From NCBI GenBank assembly GCA_020184695.1, contig JAANOX010000241.1:62001-126000 (forward strand): DNA of 64,000 bases, written 5' to 3'. The translations under genes and the position numbers were made by a program. Below, in pieces: positions 1 through 11,438 of the stretch (positions within the stretch are counted from its first letter, which is position 1; each line of letters begins with the position of its first letter). This DNA is from Histomonas meleagridis 2922-C6/04-290x (Eukaryota; Protista; Parabasalia). Under the pieces are notes generated by a model. It was not told the origin of the DNA, did no database searches, and saw only the letters and a list, made by a program, of their open reading frames with translations.

Positions 1-1311
1 GATGTCAATTTCTTAACGAATGGCCTCATCCAGAAAACTGTAGCCACCACCAAAGCCTGGATTGAATCCCTTGAGCTCAAAGATATTAACATCAAAGTGT
101 ATGCTGACGAAGGACGCCAACCATTATTAATGGCTACAATCAAAGGCGCACCCAACTCAGAGAATGTCTTAACTTATGGACACCTTGATAAGATGCCACA
201 TCTCGATCCAGCCAAATGGTCCGAAGGTTTATCTGCCACAAATCCTGTTGTCCGAGGCGACAAACTTTATGGCCGTGGCTCCAACGACGATTCTTACAAT
301 CCGTTCCTCATTTTCACGTCGATTAAGTATCTTCAATCTAAAGGTCTTCCTCATCCCAACATGACAATTATCCTTGAAACAGGCGAAGAAAGTGGCGACG
401 AAGAAATCACGCGATACTTCAACGAGCTTTTCACCACCATTGGCAAGATCGACTTCATATTCATACTCGATGGCGCCTGTATGGATTATGAACATTTCTG
501 GTGTTGCTCTTCGCTTCGTGGCTTTGTTGGCGGCATTCTTTCAGTCGAACATTTGTCATCACCATGTCATAGTGGAATGGCAACTGGACTTGTTCCATCC
601 ACATTCCGTATCATTCGTCAACTTTTGTCACGTATCGAAGATGAAAAGACAGGAGAAATACTCCTCAAAGAAGCCAATCTCCCAGAGATTAGTCAAACAA
701 AACTATCACAGATCGATGAATGCGTTGAAACATTCGGCGATCATGTCCTTGATAGCGTTGTATTACTTCCAGGCGCTAAACCTCTTAAAGAGCAAATCCG
801 CGACCAAATTATATATAACACATGTAAGCCAGGTCTTGCTGTAACAGGTTGCGACGGCGTTCCATGCATTGCAGAAGGATCAAATGTAATGCGAACACGT
901 ACAGCATTGAAACTTTCGTTACGTATTCCGCCAGGAATTAAAGCAGAAAATGTTTCAGTAGCAATGAAGGAAACACTTGAAAAGGATCCGCCTTATAACG
1001 CTAAGGTTACATACACACCATTGAGCACTGGAACTGGTTGGGAATGTAATACATTTAAGCCGAAGATACAGGACGCTTTGTACAAGGCTTCAAACAGCGT
1101 GTTCGGTAGTAACCCATTGTTCTATGGCGAAGGTGCGTCTATACCTTTGACCAGTTTGTTGGCGCAGCTGTGGCCAGAATCACAAATAATGGTAACAGGA
1201 TGCGCTGGTCTGGACTCAAACCCGCACGGATACGACGAGAGTTTGGACCTCCCATACACTATCAAGTTTACTGCTGCGTTCGCACAGTTCTTAAATGAAT
1301 ACGCTAAGTAA
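1..1311 (+). CDS. M20 family metallopeptidase (DUG1/CNDP-like), 5' partial
   Basis: Frame is open from base 1. M20 zinc-ligand motifs are present: YGHLDKMP, LYGRGSNDD, ETGEESG, HSG, NPHGYDE. Confidence 0.9.
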   Translation, partial: DVNFLTNGLIQKTVATTKAWIESLELKDINIKVYADEGRQPLLMATIKGAPNSENVLTYGHLDKMPHLDPAKWSEGLSATNPVVRGDKLYGRGSNDDSYNPFLIFTSIKYLQSKGLPHPNMTIILETGEESGDEEITRYFNELFTTIGKIDFIFILDGACMDYEHFWCCSSLRGFVGGILSVEHLSSPCHSGMATGLVPSTFRIIRQLLSRIEDEKTGEILLKEANLPEISQTKLSQIDECVETFGDHVLDSVVLLPGAKPLKEQIRDQIIYNTCKPGLAVTGCDGVPCIAEGSNVMRTRTALKLSLRIPPGIKAENVSVAMKETLEKDPPYNAKVTYTPLSTGTGWECNTFKPKIQDALYKASNSVFGSNPLFYGEGASIPLTSLLAQLWPESQIMVTGCAGLDSNPHGYDESLDLPYTIKFTAAFAQFLNEYAK

Positions 1312-1651
1312 AAACGTATAATCCAGTGCCTTAATGTTTGGGAACTTATTTAAACAAACTGTGCATTTTCCATGTGACATTATTTTAAATAGAGATCGTA
1401 TGCAACTTGATCAAGTTTAAATGTTGTAAATATGAAATTATCACTTAAAATATTAATTAATGTGAAAACAATATCATAATTAACCATCGATCTTCAACTT
1501 ATTTTTTGAATATGAATACGATCATTTCCCATTCATTTGAATCCATCGTTTCTACAGTCGTCAATTTTTTGGGCGGTTATTTTGCATTTGATTTTCTTTA
1601 AAATCCAACCGAAAAGTGCCTCGAAAAGGAAACAGTTGACAAATTTCCCAA

Positions 1652-4600
1652 ATGCAGCCGATGGACAAATGGATTCCCAACATTCGGTATGAGATCAACC
1701 AGGTGCTCATCAACTACAAAAACGTGTATCTCCACAAGGCGAAGACTGCTTGTTTATGTGGCGAATTAAATAACGTATGCAAGCAAGTTCTTCCGCATGT
1801 GAAAATGCCCACCGACTCGCTTTCGCATGTCCAGAACTTGTTACGCCAAATAATTCAACACATTCACGATCTCAAAGATCTATTCTTCGAATTGACCGAA
1901 GCGAATCATCCGCGTCTTCTCTTGGAGAAGGAGCCGAACTATGTAATCGACAAACTCCAAAACTTTCGACAGAACTTCAACGGAATTATGAAAGAGCTCA
2001 AATTCGTTGAGTCAGATCCGTGTCCAATCGAAGATGTCCAGATCAAAATCGATGACTTAGCGGACACCGAAGACATCATCAATTGTCTTCATAAACTCAT
2101 CGACATTGTACCCAATGAAGAAGATAAGAATACTTACAAGTCGCGACTTACGTTCTATGAAGAAACGCGCAAAAAGTATAAAGAGGAAGAAGAGAAAGCC
2201 AAACAACAACTTAATGAGCAAAATCGTATTATGACGCAAGAAGAGATAAATTCGGAATTCACCGAACTTTCCAAATACTCTTTGGAATATAACGACTTTG
2301 AGCTCCATAAGAAAATTGGCTTTGGCGCGTTTGCAGAAGTTTTTTTGGGATATCAAAAGTCAACGCATAAGATCGTCGCGATTAAGAAATTACATTCGAA
2401 CCAATTCAACCGGAAGAACTTCGAAATGTTCAAACGGGAAATCAAAATCATTGCTTCAGTCCAACACTTTGCGATATTACCATTTGTTGGTGCATGCATT
2501 AAACCTCCGTATTGTATCATCACTGAGTATTTAAGCGGCGGCTGTTTGTTCGAGCGATTACGTAAAGGCCCTCCATTAGATCCCACGAAACATACCATCA
2601 TTGCGTTAGGCATTGCAGCTGGTATGGCGCATATGCATGAGAAAGGAATGATACATCGAGACTTGAAGTCATTAAATATCTTATTAGATGCTGATGACTT
2701 CCCAAAGATATGTGACTTCGGAATGAGTCGTGAAATCGCTAAAGAAGGAGAACCACCAATGTCAGGTAGTGTTGGAACAGTTCAATGGATGGCTCCTGAA
2801 GTCATACAATGTACTGCATATGGAGCGAAAGCAGATGTATATTCATATGGTATTATATTATGGGAATTATTAACACATGATTTACCTTTCCAAGGATTAA
2901 AAGAAGTGCAAGTTGCAATGACAGTTATTAATAGAGATAGTCGACCGATAATACCACAAAGTTGTCCTCCTAAGTTAAGTGTATTGATTAAATTATGTTG
3001 GGATAAAGATCCATCAAAAAGACCCGACTTTACAAAGATAGTTCAAGCATTTGCAAGTGGTGAAGTATTTTATCCAGGGACAAATCATGAAATTGTGAAA
3101 GCATATTTGAACCAATATATGCAAACAAATACAAAAACTTATCACTTTAATCCAGAAGATGCAACAATTGAATCCGCACAACAAATTTATGATGAATTAT
3201 CAAATAATACAAAACAAGAAGAAGGAATATCAAAGATATTATTGATCAAAGATTATGAGAAATGGTATAAATATTTCTTACAATTGAAAATTGTCGAGAA
3301 ATTAATCGATATAATGACAAAATGTCAACAAGTTAATTTCTCATTTAGTTTGGTATTATGTTTAGTCGAGTTATTACAAAATAAAGAAATAATTCAACAA
3401 TTCATAGAATGTAATGGTAGCAATGTATTACTTGACTTGTTCTTAAAGTTCGGTATGACTTCAATGAATAGAATCATCGAATGTTTAATGATAATAATTC
3501 AAAATGATAAAAATGTTAAATTAGGTATTGACCATTTCACAAAACTTGCTCCATTTTTAGTATCAAATGATTTAATTATTAGACTTGATACAATGAAATT
3601 ATTGGTATATGTATTAGAAAATCATGTGTATGATGAAGATGGTTCATTAACAGTATTAACATTAAATGTAATGTGTAATGCACAACCTGAAGCTAAACCA
3701 CAAATATTAATGATTACTTTAAAGATTTTAAAGCTTTTGCTCGAATTACCAAAACCTTTTTCATTCATTATTAGAGCTGATGGGCCTGCAACAATATATG
3801 TATTATTAGGCAAAGATAAAAGTGAAGAAATACAAATCGAATCACTTGAATTAATACAAAAGATGTTACAGAATTCAGTTCCTCCAATTAAAACTATATC
3901 ATTATTTGTATGTGGCTTTAAATATTTAATAGAAAATAATCCAAATAATACTAAGTTACAATTAAAGGCTTTGATTATATTATCTATTTTACTTAAGAGT
4001 TCTTCAATTTATAAAGAAGTATCTGTAAGTGAAAATATTATGGAAGGTATTAAATTATGTTTATCAAGTAATTCAATTCAAGTAATTATTTATACATTAA
4101 AAATTTGTTTCGCATTTTTATCGAATTTCACCAGTTTTAATAAGTTTAAAGAAATTGGTAATGATTTAATCCCTTTGTTAGTAAACAATAAAGAAAATGG
4201 CGCAATATCAAATTTGGCTGCTTCATGTTTAATAATAATATTAAGTAATTCAAGTGAATATAATCAGAAACTAATACAAAATGGTGAAAAAGAATTTCCT
4301 CAATTCATCAAAAATTCATTTAAATCAAATAATCAAATCGAAATCGAAATTGGTTTAAGACTTTTAGGTGTAATATCTTCGACATTTTCTGGAGCGTTAT
4401 TAATCGAAAAGAATAATTTAATTAATGATATAATTTCATTCAAAGATAATAATAAATTAATAAAATTAATTATGATGACATTGGCTTCACATGCTTCATC
4501 ATACCCATTATCAAAGTCTTTAATTAATTTGATTCCTTTCATTTTCGAGGCTTTAAGTGATGAGAAATTAAGCCCTTATCCTTTATTAACAATTGTTAAT

Positions 4601-4984
4601 ATTGTAGTGAATCCTTTGGCTGCAATGAAATGCGTTTCTTATATGGATAAATTAATTAAATTAATGGATGTAGATGAAAAAGAAACTAAGTTAAGGGCCT
4701 TTAATGCTATACATAGAATATTAATTGTATCTGAAGCTTGTGAGAAAATCGTCGATGAAAATTTGGTAAAAAGTTTGATCGAAAAATGTGAAAAGGCATG
4801 TGATGGTGAATATGCACAAATAGCTTACGAAATTTTGGAGGCAATTGCAGAAAATAACGTGGGAAAGAAAGAATTGGAGAAATCAAAGGTGAGAACGAAG
4901 TTGGAAGATGGATTAGAAAAAATGATAGCAACAGACCCATTAAGACCTGTTTTCATGAGATTGTACGCAAGAATGGGGATATAA
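1652..4984 (+). CDS. TKL-group protein kinase with C-terminal ARM/HEAT-like helical region
   Basis: Kinase motifs IGFGAFAEV, VAIKKL, HRDLKSLN, DFG, GTVQWMAPE, DVYSYG, followed by about 600 aa of Leu/Ile-rich helical repeats. Confidence 0.9.
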   Translation: MQPMDKWIPNIRYEINQVLINYKNVYLHKAKTACLCGELNNVCKQVLPHVKMPTDSLSHVQNLLRQIIQHIHDLKDLFFELTEANHPRLLLEKEPNYVIDKLQNFRQNFNGIMKELKFVESDPCPIEDVQIKIDDLADTEDIINCLHKLIDIVPNEEDKNTYKSRLTFYEETRKKYKEEEEKAKQQLNEQNRIMTQEEINSEFTELSKYSLEYNDFELHKKIGFGAFAEVFLGYQKSTHKIVAIKKLHSNQFNRKNFEMFKREIKIIASVQHFAILPFVGACIKPPYCIITEYLSGGCLFERLRKGPPLDPTKHTIIALGIAAGMAHMHEKGMIHRDLKSLNILLDADDFPKICDFGMSREIAKEGEPPMSGSVGTVQWMAPEVIQCTAYGAKADVYSYGIILWELLTHDLPFQGLKEVQVAMTVINRDSRPIIPQSCPPKLSVLIKLCWDKDPSKRPDFTKIVQAFASGEVFYPGTNHEIVKAYLNQYMQTNTKTYHFNPEDATIESAQQIYDELSNNTKQEEGISKILLIKDYEKWYKYFLQLKIVEKLIDIMTKCQQVNFSFSLVLCLVELLQNKEIIQQFIECNGSNVLLDLFLKFGMTSMNRIIECLMIIIQNDKNVKLGIDHFTKLAPFLVSNDLIIRLDTMKLLVYVLENHVYDEDGSLTVLTLNVMCNAQPEAKPQILMITLKILKLLLELPKPFSFIIRADGPATIYVLLGKDKSEEIQIESLELIQKMLQNSVPPIKTISLFVCGFKYLIENNPNNTKLQLKALIILSILLKSSSIYKEVSVSENIMEGIKLCLSSNSIQVIIYTLKICFAFLSNFTSFNKFKEIGNDLIPLLVNNKENGAISNLAASCLIIILSNSSEYNQKLIQNGEKEFPQFIKNSFKSNNQIEIEIGLRLLGVISSTFSGALLIEKNNLINDIISFKDNNKLIKLIMMTLASHASSYPLSKSLINLIPFIFEALSDEKLSPYPLLTIVNIVVNPLAAMKCVSYMDKLIKLMDVDEKETKLRAFNAIHRILIVSEACEKIVDENLVKSLIEKCEKACDGEYAQIAYEILEAIAENNVGKKELEKSKVRTKLEDGLEKMIATDPLRPVFMRLYARMGI

Positions 4985-6096
4985 CCTGAGGAATAAACAA
5001 TGATATGAACCGAAGCATTTTTTTTGTGCATCAAGCAAAAACCGTTTTTTGATGCATGTAAACTAAAGAAAAATTTTTGTTAGCGGTAATTTTCGGCTTT
5101 TTGACCCAAAACTGGTAAATTTTCAATGAACACGATCATTTTGAATTCAATATTTTGCGCAAAACGACAATAATTCATAGAAATTGGGATCCCAATGAAG
5201 AAAAAACAATAATATCACAATGAAGAAATCATAAAAATTAAATTATTACGCAAAAAACGCAATAAGAACCAAATGTATTTATGATGTAATGTCAAATCTA
5301 TGGAAAAAATTTGAATGTTGTAAAAATCGATTTTGCTAGGTTTATGTTGAAAATATCAGAAATAGATTTCATTTTAGAATGAGCTTGAGATTATACTAAT
5401 ATAATTACGCATGAGATGATCAAGGAATAAAAAAATAACGCTGATTCGTAAATCAAAACTATTATTCTTAACTGGTATGTGTCTGAAATTTTCAATATAG
5501 TTAACTGAAAATATTTCTTGCTTTTTCAATATAAATTAATTTACCGAAAATATTTAAAAAATATAATTATCTTTTTAAATAGCTATTATTTATTATTTTT
5601 TATAAGCGACATAAGAATAAATATTTTGTGGTTTTAATAATTCTAATTTATAATATTATAAAATGAGATAAAATCAAATTTTTAATGATAAATTTAATGA
5701 AAACTTAAGAATAAAATATAATTTTAATCTTTTAAAGTGATAAATAAACAAGTCATAAAAATGAGTTTATGTTTTATTAAGTATACTTATATTTAAGTTC
5801 ATATTTTTTTAAATTGTTTACTCTTTATTGGAAAATGGTCTAATTACAAAATAAGATACAAAATTTTGCTGAAACCAATTTTCCTCAAGTTTTAATATGA
5901 TTTGCTAAGGATAAACAAAGGTAATTTTGTTTTAAAATCGAATTTGACGTGACCATAATTTGAGAAGAAAAAAGCTGTTGGCAAAACTGACAGATTTTAA
6001 CTGCGTTCAAAAAGTTCGTTACATGTTTGTTTCCACACAAATTTGAGTTAATTTTTCATAAGGACATCGACCAAATAAACTTTCGATTTGTCCAGA

Positions 6097-7074
6097 ATGG
6101 TAAAGGAAGATAACATTCAAGTGCAAGACAATGAGCAACAACAAGAACTTCCAGGCAACAGCCAAGGCAATGACCAAACTGAAGTTACTGAGCCCTTGGC
6201 TGTACTGGAAACACACGAAGATACATTTCATAATGTTGCCTTAGATAACCCAATAGCTTCCGATCCTCAACAAGTATCGCAAGAACAACCACCACCGCCT
6301 GAAAGAATACCTTTACATCTCCGTTTTGATGACTTAACAGTTTTTCGAAGGGCTGCACTTGGTCTTCTACCCAATGTTCAAGATCCAGAATACAATTCTC
6401 AGATGACTCTTTCAGCCCTTAAATCATCCAGACGTTATAACTTCATTGAACCAAATACTGTTACATTAGATGGTGGATATCGTCTTTGCAGAGCAACACG
6501 TTCATTTGTACCAGACAACTTCAAGTACTACTGGGAAATAGACTTCCATCCAACCAATGATGGGGAGAGTCACATTCGAGTTGGCATTGCAACATGCAAA
6601 GCCGATACGGAAGCCCCAGTAGGCATAGATGAAGAAGGATATTCAATTCGTGATCTTGGTGGTGCCTATCATAAATCGAAGAAAATCCCAAGCAAACGAT
6701 TTAATTCAGGGGATACGATTGGATTTGGTATTTCACTTGACGATGAAGGTTATTCCCTCCGATACTTCATTAATGGTTCTGATGAAGGTGTTGTTTTCAG
6801 CGGAATCGATCGAGACAAGCAGTGGATTCCAGCGGTTTCTCTCTATCGTAATGCAACCGTAACCGCCAGATTCAAGCGACCGTTTAAATTTGATCCTATG
6901 CTTGATTGGCGTGAAGCTGATGATACATCTATAGCAGAGCCTATTCAAAACATAACAGCTACACAATTAGTTAATATCATGAGGACATCTCTCGATGCAG
7001 GTGATGAGAGGAAATTTGATGTCATCAAAGCAATTGACACAGCACTCATCCCTGCGCACCTCATGCAAAACTAA
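6097..7074 (+). CDS. SPRY-domain protein, ASH2/Bre2-like (COMPASS subunit)
   Basis: GYRLCRAT, YYWEI, RVGIA, APVGIDEEGYS, GDTIGF and IPAVSLY match the ASH2L SPRY pattern as recalled. First ATG is at 6097. Confidence 0.7.
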   Translation: MVKEDNIQVQDNEQQQELPGNSQGNDQTEVTEPLAVLETHEDTFHNVALDNPIASDPQQVSQEQPPPPERIPLHLRFDDLTVFRRAALGLLPNVQDPEYNSQMTLSALKSSRRYNFIEPNTVTLDGGYRLCRATRSFVPDNFKYYWEIDFHPTNDGESHIRVGIATCKADTEAPVGIDEEGYSIRDLGGAYHKSKKIPSKRFNSGDTIGFGISLDDEGYSLRYFINGSDEGVVFSGIDRDKQWIPAVSLYRNATVTARFKRPFKFDPMLDWREADDTSIAEPIQNITATQLVNIMRTSLDAGDERKFDVIKAIDTALIPAHLMQN

Positions 7075-7747
7075 CAAAGCGCAAAAAAAATGCATTTCAT
7101 TCCAATTTGCAAAATTTAAGCTTTGTTACATTTACCCATTTCAACTTACAGAATTCATTTAATCACTTTTCCATGCTATTTAATCACCTTTAATCATATG
7201 CATGTTGATTTAACTTAAAATAGAATTCATGAAACCATTGCAATAATTTCGAACTTCATTTAATTACATGTTCACTTTTTCAGAGCTTTACACTATGAAT
7301 TCTAAACTTTGGTTTTGTCATTCAAAAAAATAATATATTTCAACTTACAGAATTCAATTACTTATTTACATGTTTGTTTGAACGATTAGTTCGTTTTATT
7401 TGCTGTCGTTGACAGTTTTGTTTGTTTGTTTTTACAAGCCGTCGATGGTTTACTCCTATCGGTCTTTGTAACTTTTTTATGTTGGTTTGAATAAATGCTT
7501 TTGTTAAATTTGTTTTTGTTTTGCAAATTGGCATTCGATACGAAATGTTTTGCTTGTCTCTGAGTAAGTGAACGTTTAATTGTAATTTTTCTTCTTTTCA
7601 TTACTCACTTCCCGAATGATAACATGTTTCACATATAGTTATGCAAAAGGATAAGCAAAAGACGAAATTTCATCAGCAAACAAAATAAAAGGTGAGACGC
7701 GATTGGTTATAAAACGATTCGAAAGGTAAACGAATTCATTAAAGAAA

Positions 7748-9436
7748 ATGTTTTCTCGAAAAAAAAGAAAAAGTTCGAAACAAAATTCACAGAATGAGTG
7801 GGGATTGCTTCTAATCGTCAGGCAGTTGATTTTTAGTTTGGGTGAAGAAAATATTACCTCAACAGCAAATTTAATAATAAACAAATTTGATGAAAATCAT
7901 CCATTTTCTTTTAACTTAATTGTTGTTCAAATGATGTACATATTTTTTGCTATAAATATGAATGAATTTAATAAGTATTTAAATTTTTTGGAAACAATTA
8001 AAACCTTGGAAGAAAATAACAAAAGCAAAACAAAAATTTTCGACGAGTTCATACGTTTTCTTCTTGAAAATAAAACGCAAGAATCAAATTATTTTCTTAA
8101 TGAGTTAATTGAACATAATTTCATTGAACCAAAAGTTGTCAAAAATACATATCTTCCATATTTTATACAATATGTGGATAACCACGAAAATTTAATTAAC
8201 TATTTTATTAGCGAAATCATTGAAAATTATGACGAACTTTCAAATAATGATTGGGAATTACATAAGAAATTAATTAAAGAAGGACATAATCCAAATGAAA
8301 TATCAAAAATAATTCGAAATGATGAAATAGAAAAACTTCAAGAAATAACATCACAAAATGATTTTAATTTTAATCAATTGATTAAACCATCACTTTATGA
8401 AAAATGTTCTTATATCAATCAATATAACATTTCATTAATTAATTATGCAGCATTTTTTGGATCAGTTAAATGTTTTAAATATTTACTTATGAATGGAGCA
8501 AAAGTAGAAAATTCAGGCAGATTTGCTGTTGTAGGTGGAAATGAAGAAATTATTCATTTATGTGAACAAAATCATTCAACATTTAAAGATGCATATGAAG
8601 CAGCAATTGAATATCATCAAAATAATATTTTTAAATATCTTTATGAGAGCAAATTAGAAAATAAATATAATAATAATTTAGATGAAATTGGGAAGTTTTG
8701 TGTTTTATATCATAATTATGAAATATTTACATTTTTACAAGAAAAAGGTATGAAAATTAATGATTCAATTATCAACCAAACAGCAAAAACAGGAAATATA
8801 TTTCTGGTTAAATATTTTCTCAAAGAAAATCCAATTCCGAAAAACATATTAAAATTCACAATAGAATCAAAAAACATTGAACTTACAAAATTTATGTTAG
8901 AACAAGAAGGTATAAATATTAATGCCAAAGATATATATTTGTTTTATTTGGTATTTTTATCAACAATTTCATATTCCAAAATAAGATTTGGAAATTATTT
9001 CATTCGTTTGAAACAGCTCTAATTTATGCATGTGAAAAAGGCGATACAGAAATAGTTAAATTACTTCTTGAACAAAAAGGAATTAATGTTAATGTTAAAG
9101 CTATTTGTTTATTTTATTTGCAATTTGTTTTAATAATTTTCTATAACAAAACAATATTTGGAAATAATTTAAATTATTTGAAACAGCACTTATAAAAGCA
9201 TCTAAATGTGGTTATGCAGAAATTGTTAAATTACTTCTTGAACAGAAAGGAATTGATATCAATGTTAAAGATATTTATTTGTTTTCTTTATGATTTATTT
9301 CAAAAAAATATTGTTGGAAAATTATATTTGGAAATTATTTAAATGATTTTTTACACCATTAAGATATGCAATCGATTATGGATTTTCAGAAATTGTTGAA
9401 TTGTTTGAAAAAAAAGTTAGTTCCAAAGCAAAATAA
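7748..9436 (+). CDS. DUF3447/ankyrin-repeat protein, locus 1; last repeats interrupted by three 68-nt spacers
   Basis: SLINYAAFFGSVKCFKYLLMN and GGNEEIIHLCEQ family motifs. The simple ORF ends at 9022, but ankyrin segments continue at 9007-9108, 9177-9278 and 9347-9436 (TAA). Confidence 0.85.
8939..9346 (+). other. Three 68-nt ankyrin spacer elements (8939-9006, 9109-9176, 9279-9346)
   Basis: Exact 170-nt period made of 102 nt coding plus 68 nt spacer. Shared TT(A/G)TTTTATTT start and TTTGGAAATTATTTAAAT 3' block. Boundaries are inferred from ankyrin spacing. Confidence 0.85.
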
Positions 9437-9835
9437 TTTCCGTAATAATAGCTGTAATATCTTTTTAACTAAATAGATGCACACCACCTTAAATTTTTTC
9501 AAAAAAGTCCTAATTTTGTTTTCTTCGAAACTTTGTCTTAAATGGGAAGTATTCGAGCTTGCAGCAATTTCAACTTTTTGTACAACAGAAATATCGCTCG
9601 AGAAAATTCGACTTTTTGCTCAAAAATTTGATGATTTAACATATTTCCTTACGTTTACCCAATTTAAAGAAGCCGTATCTCAAATATTTAGATTTAATGC
9701 AAATCAAATCCAAAAAATGAAAACAAAATTTATTTCCACAAATACAAATTCAAATTTCTCCAAAAAAATTATTTTCATTAAGTAAAACATTTGTCAGAAC
9801 GCGCAATAAAATTCAAAAGTTTTTTGTTTACTTTC

Positions 9836-11116
9836 CTAAGTTCTGAATTCATAAGTTCCATCCTTTGTCAGGTACCTCACCCAGTTCACAGTTTGGTAGC
9901 CACTTTTCTCGAACACCTTCAAGTACTGAACCCTTAACCCTGACACGGTGAAGAACGGTATTTCAAATGACACAACGATAGGCCTCTTTGCTTCTTCTTC
10001 TTCGCTTTCGACGCTCGGCAACCCGAAATGTGCTCTCAACGAGAACTGCTTCCTACCAGGGAATTGCTTGATAGTCCAAATCAATGCGTTTTCATTCGGA
10101 CTATATCGCATTCGACCGGCAGTGCATTGCGCTTTTGGTGTGTCAACATCTGGTGGAACTGGTATTTTGATTTGTACATTTTGAGCAACTGATTGTGGTC
10201 GATATTGTGCACGTGCGCGGATTAACATTTCAACTCTCGAATTTTTGTATTTCTCAATAGTAGAGTCGATATGGATGATTGGCTTGATCGCAGCAGATAA
10301 TCGATAAGTCATAAGAGTGAATTCGCGATCTGGTGGGATAAATGTGATGGAACGATCTCGCTCAAATTGTGACAAACGAACACATGGATGGAATTTGATG
10401 TCTTCAAGCTCAAATACACGACGTGAGACATCGGTCTGATGTTGGTTTTGGTCGTCTTTGTCAAATAAAATTTTGTCATTTAATCCAATACGAATTTCAG
10501 GCATACCGGATAAGTATGCCGCCATGTTGATCTCTCCGGTGATTTCATTGTGGATAACAGCGCCGTTCTTGGCAACTAACATGTTGACTTTTTCAATGAC
10601 ATCGCAAAATACTTCATTGACAGAATACTCAATGTCGGGTTTACGCCAGGTAACAAGACCGGTGGCATTAACTGGAACATTTGTGGGTTGGTCACTAAGT
10701 GTTTTGGGTTTGTTACGAAGGATATATTCACTAAGAGCTTCTGAATCAAGAGTTTGTGGATAACCATAATCCATGACTTCATCCAAAAGTTCATAAATGA
10801 GAGAAAAGTTGTCAATAATGGCATCTGGTGTTAAGGTGCCAAGATAATCTTCAAAAAGTTTGGCAAGAGATGAAAGAAATGTAAGAAGAAGTGTGACGTT
10901 GCTGTTGGTACGTGTGACTGTAAAGAAGTACATTCCAGCTCGATCAATGTAGGCAAAACACCAGTCATCAATACGGAAGACTGGATTAGGAAGAATCTTG
11001 TCGTTCATTTGGATATATGTCATGAATTTGTCAGGGATAGAGAGATCCACCTCCCCACGGTAATCGAAATTAATAAGAACACGACCTTTATTATCGAGAA
11101 TGTAAACAGCAGACAT
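9836..11116 (-). CDS. AP1M: AP-1 complex mu subunit
   Basis: MSAVYILDNKGRVLI...YRGEV, DNF-LIYELLDEVMDYGYPQ, WRKPDIEY-VNEVF, FHPCVRL, FIPPD, SGLRVQYLKV, WVRYLT. Confidence 0.95.
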   Translation of the reverse strand: MSAVYILDNKGRVLINFDYRGEVDLSIPDKFMTYIQMNDKILPNPVFRIDDWCFAYIDRAGMYFFTVTRTNSNVTLLLTFLSSLAKLFEDYLGTLTPDAIIDNFSLIYELLDEVMDYGYPQTLDSEALSEYILRNKPKTLSDQPTNVPVNATGLVTWRKPDIEYSVNEVFCDVIEKVNMLVAKNGAVIHNEITGEINMAAYLSGMPEIRIGLNDKILFDKDDQNQHQTDVSRRVFELEDIKFHPCVRLSQFERDRSITFIPPDREFTLMTYRLSAAIKPIIHIDSTIEKYKNSRVEMLIRARAQYRPQSVAQNVQIKIPVPPDVDTPKAQCTAGRMRYSPNENALIWTIKQFPGRKQFSLRAHFGLPSVESEEEEAKRPIVVSFEIPFFTVSGLRVQYLKVFEKSGYQTVNWVRYLTKDGTYEFRT

Positions 11117-11122
11117 TCGATA

Positions 11123-11128
11123 TTGTGA
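11123..11128 (-). promoter_or_regulatory. Candidate trichomonad initiator (Inr) TCACAA
   Basis: Matches the TCA(Y)(T/A)(T/A) Inr a few bases upstream of the AP1M ATG. The motif is short, so a chance match is possible. Confidence 0.4.
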
Positions 11129-11359
11129 AAAAATACGGTTTTGACGGCGGTTAACTTTGTTCGGTAGGTTTTAAAAAACAAATTTTTTTTATCTTATAAG
11201 AAGGAAAACATTAAGTTTAATAGTCACTGGTTCTGCTAATGATTATAAAAGGGTGTGAGAATATAGTATATGAATTTTTATAAATTGAAAATAAAATTTG
11301 AATTTCGAAAAAAATATAGGTAAAATGTCTAAATCATATAAAAAATAAAATTTACAACA

Positions 11360-11432
11360 GGGACTCTAGCTCACCTGGGAGAGCACACGACTGAAGATCG
11401 TGAGGTACGTGGTTCGAGTCCGCGGAGTCCCA
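11360..11432 (+). tRNA. tRNA-Phe (GAA)
   Basis: Acceptor stem GGGACTC/GAGTCCC, anticodon arm CACGA-CTGAAGA-TCGTG, T-loop GTTCGAG. Confidence 0.95.
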
Positions 11433-11438
11433 TTTTTT
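11433..11438 (+). terminator. Pol III terminator (T6)
   Basis: TTTTTT immediately 3' of tRNA-Phe. Confidence 0.7.

Noticed and set aside
5027-5056. Hairpin TGCATCAA...TTGATGCA after the kinase stop
   Set aside because: It is a single short stem with no second copy and no known role in this lineage.
7139-7360. Direct repeat TTTCAACTTACAGAATTCA (about 7139 and 7339)
   Set aside because: Only two copies in AT-rich intergenic DNA, most simply explained by a local duplication.
8931-9016. Reading the spacers as GT-AG or AT-AC introns (AAAG|AT...ACAG|)
   Set aside because: The apparent donor varies (AT, CT, GT) and the acceptor varies (AG, AC, TG, AT) with the encoded D/A/G and T-A/T-P/T-S codons. 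This splice would also delete the conserved D-x-x-x-x-T loop. Two copies (17605, 57408) are GT...AG only by coincidence.
9279-9346. Stop-codon reassignment or read-through as the explanation for the interrupted ankyrin genes
   Set aside because: All three stop types occur in spacers, most spacers also shift the frame, and ordinary genes here end in TAA, TAG and TGA.
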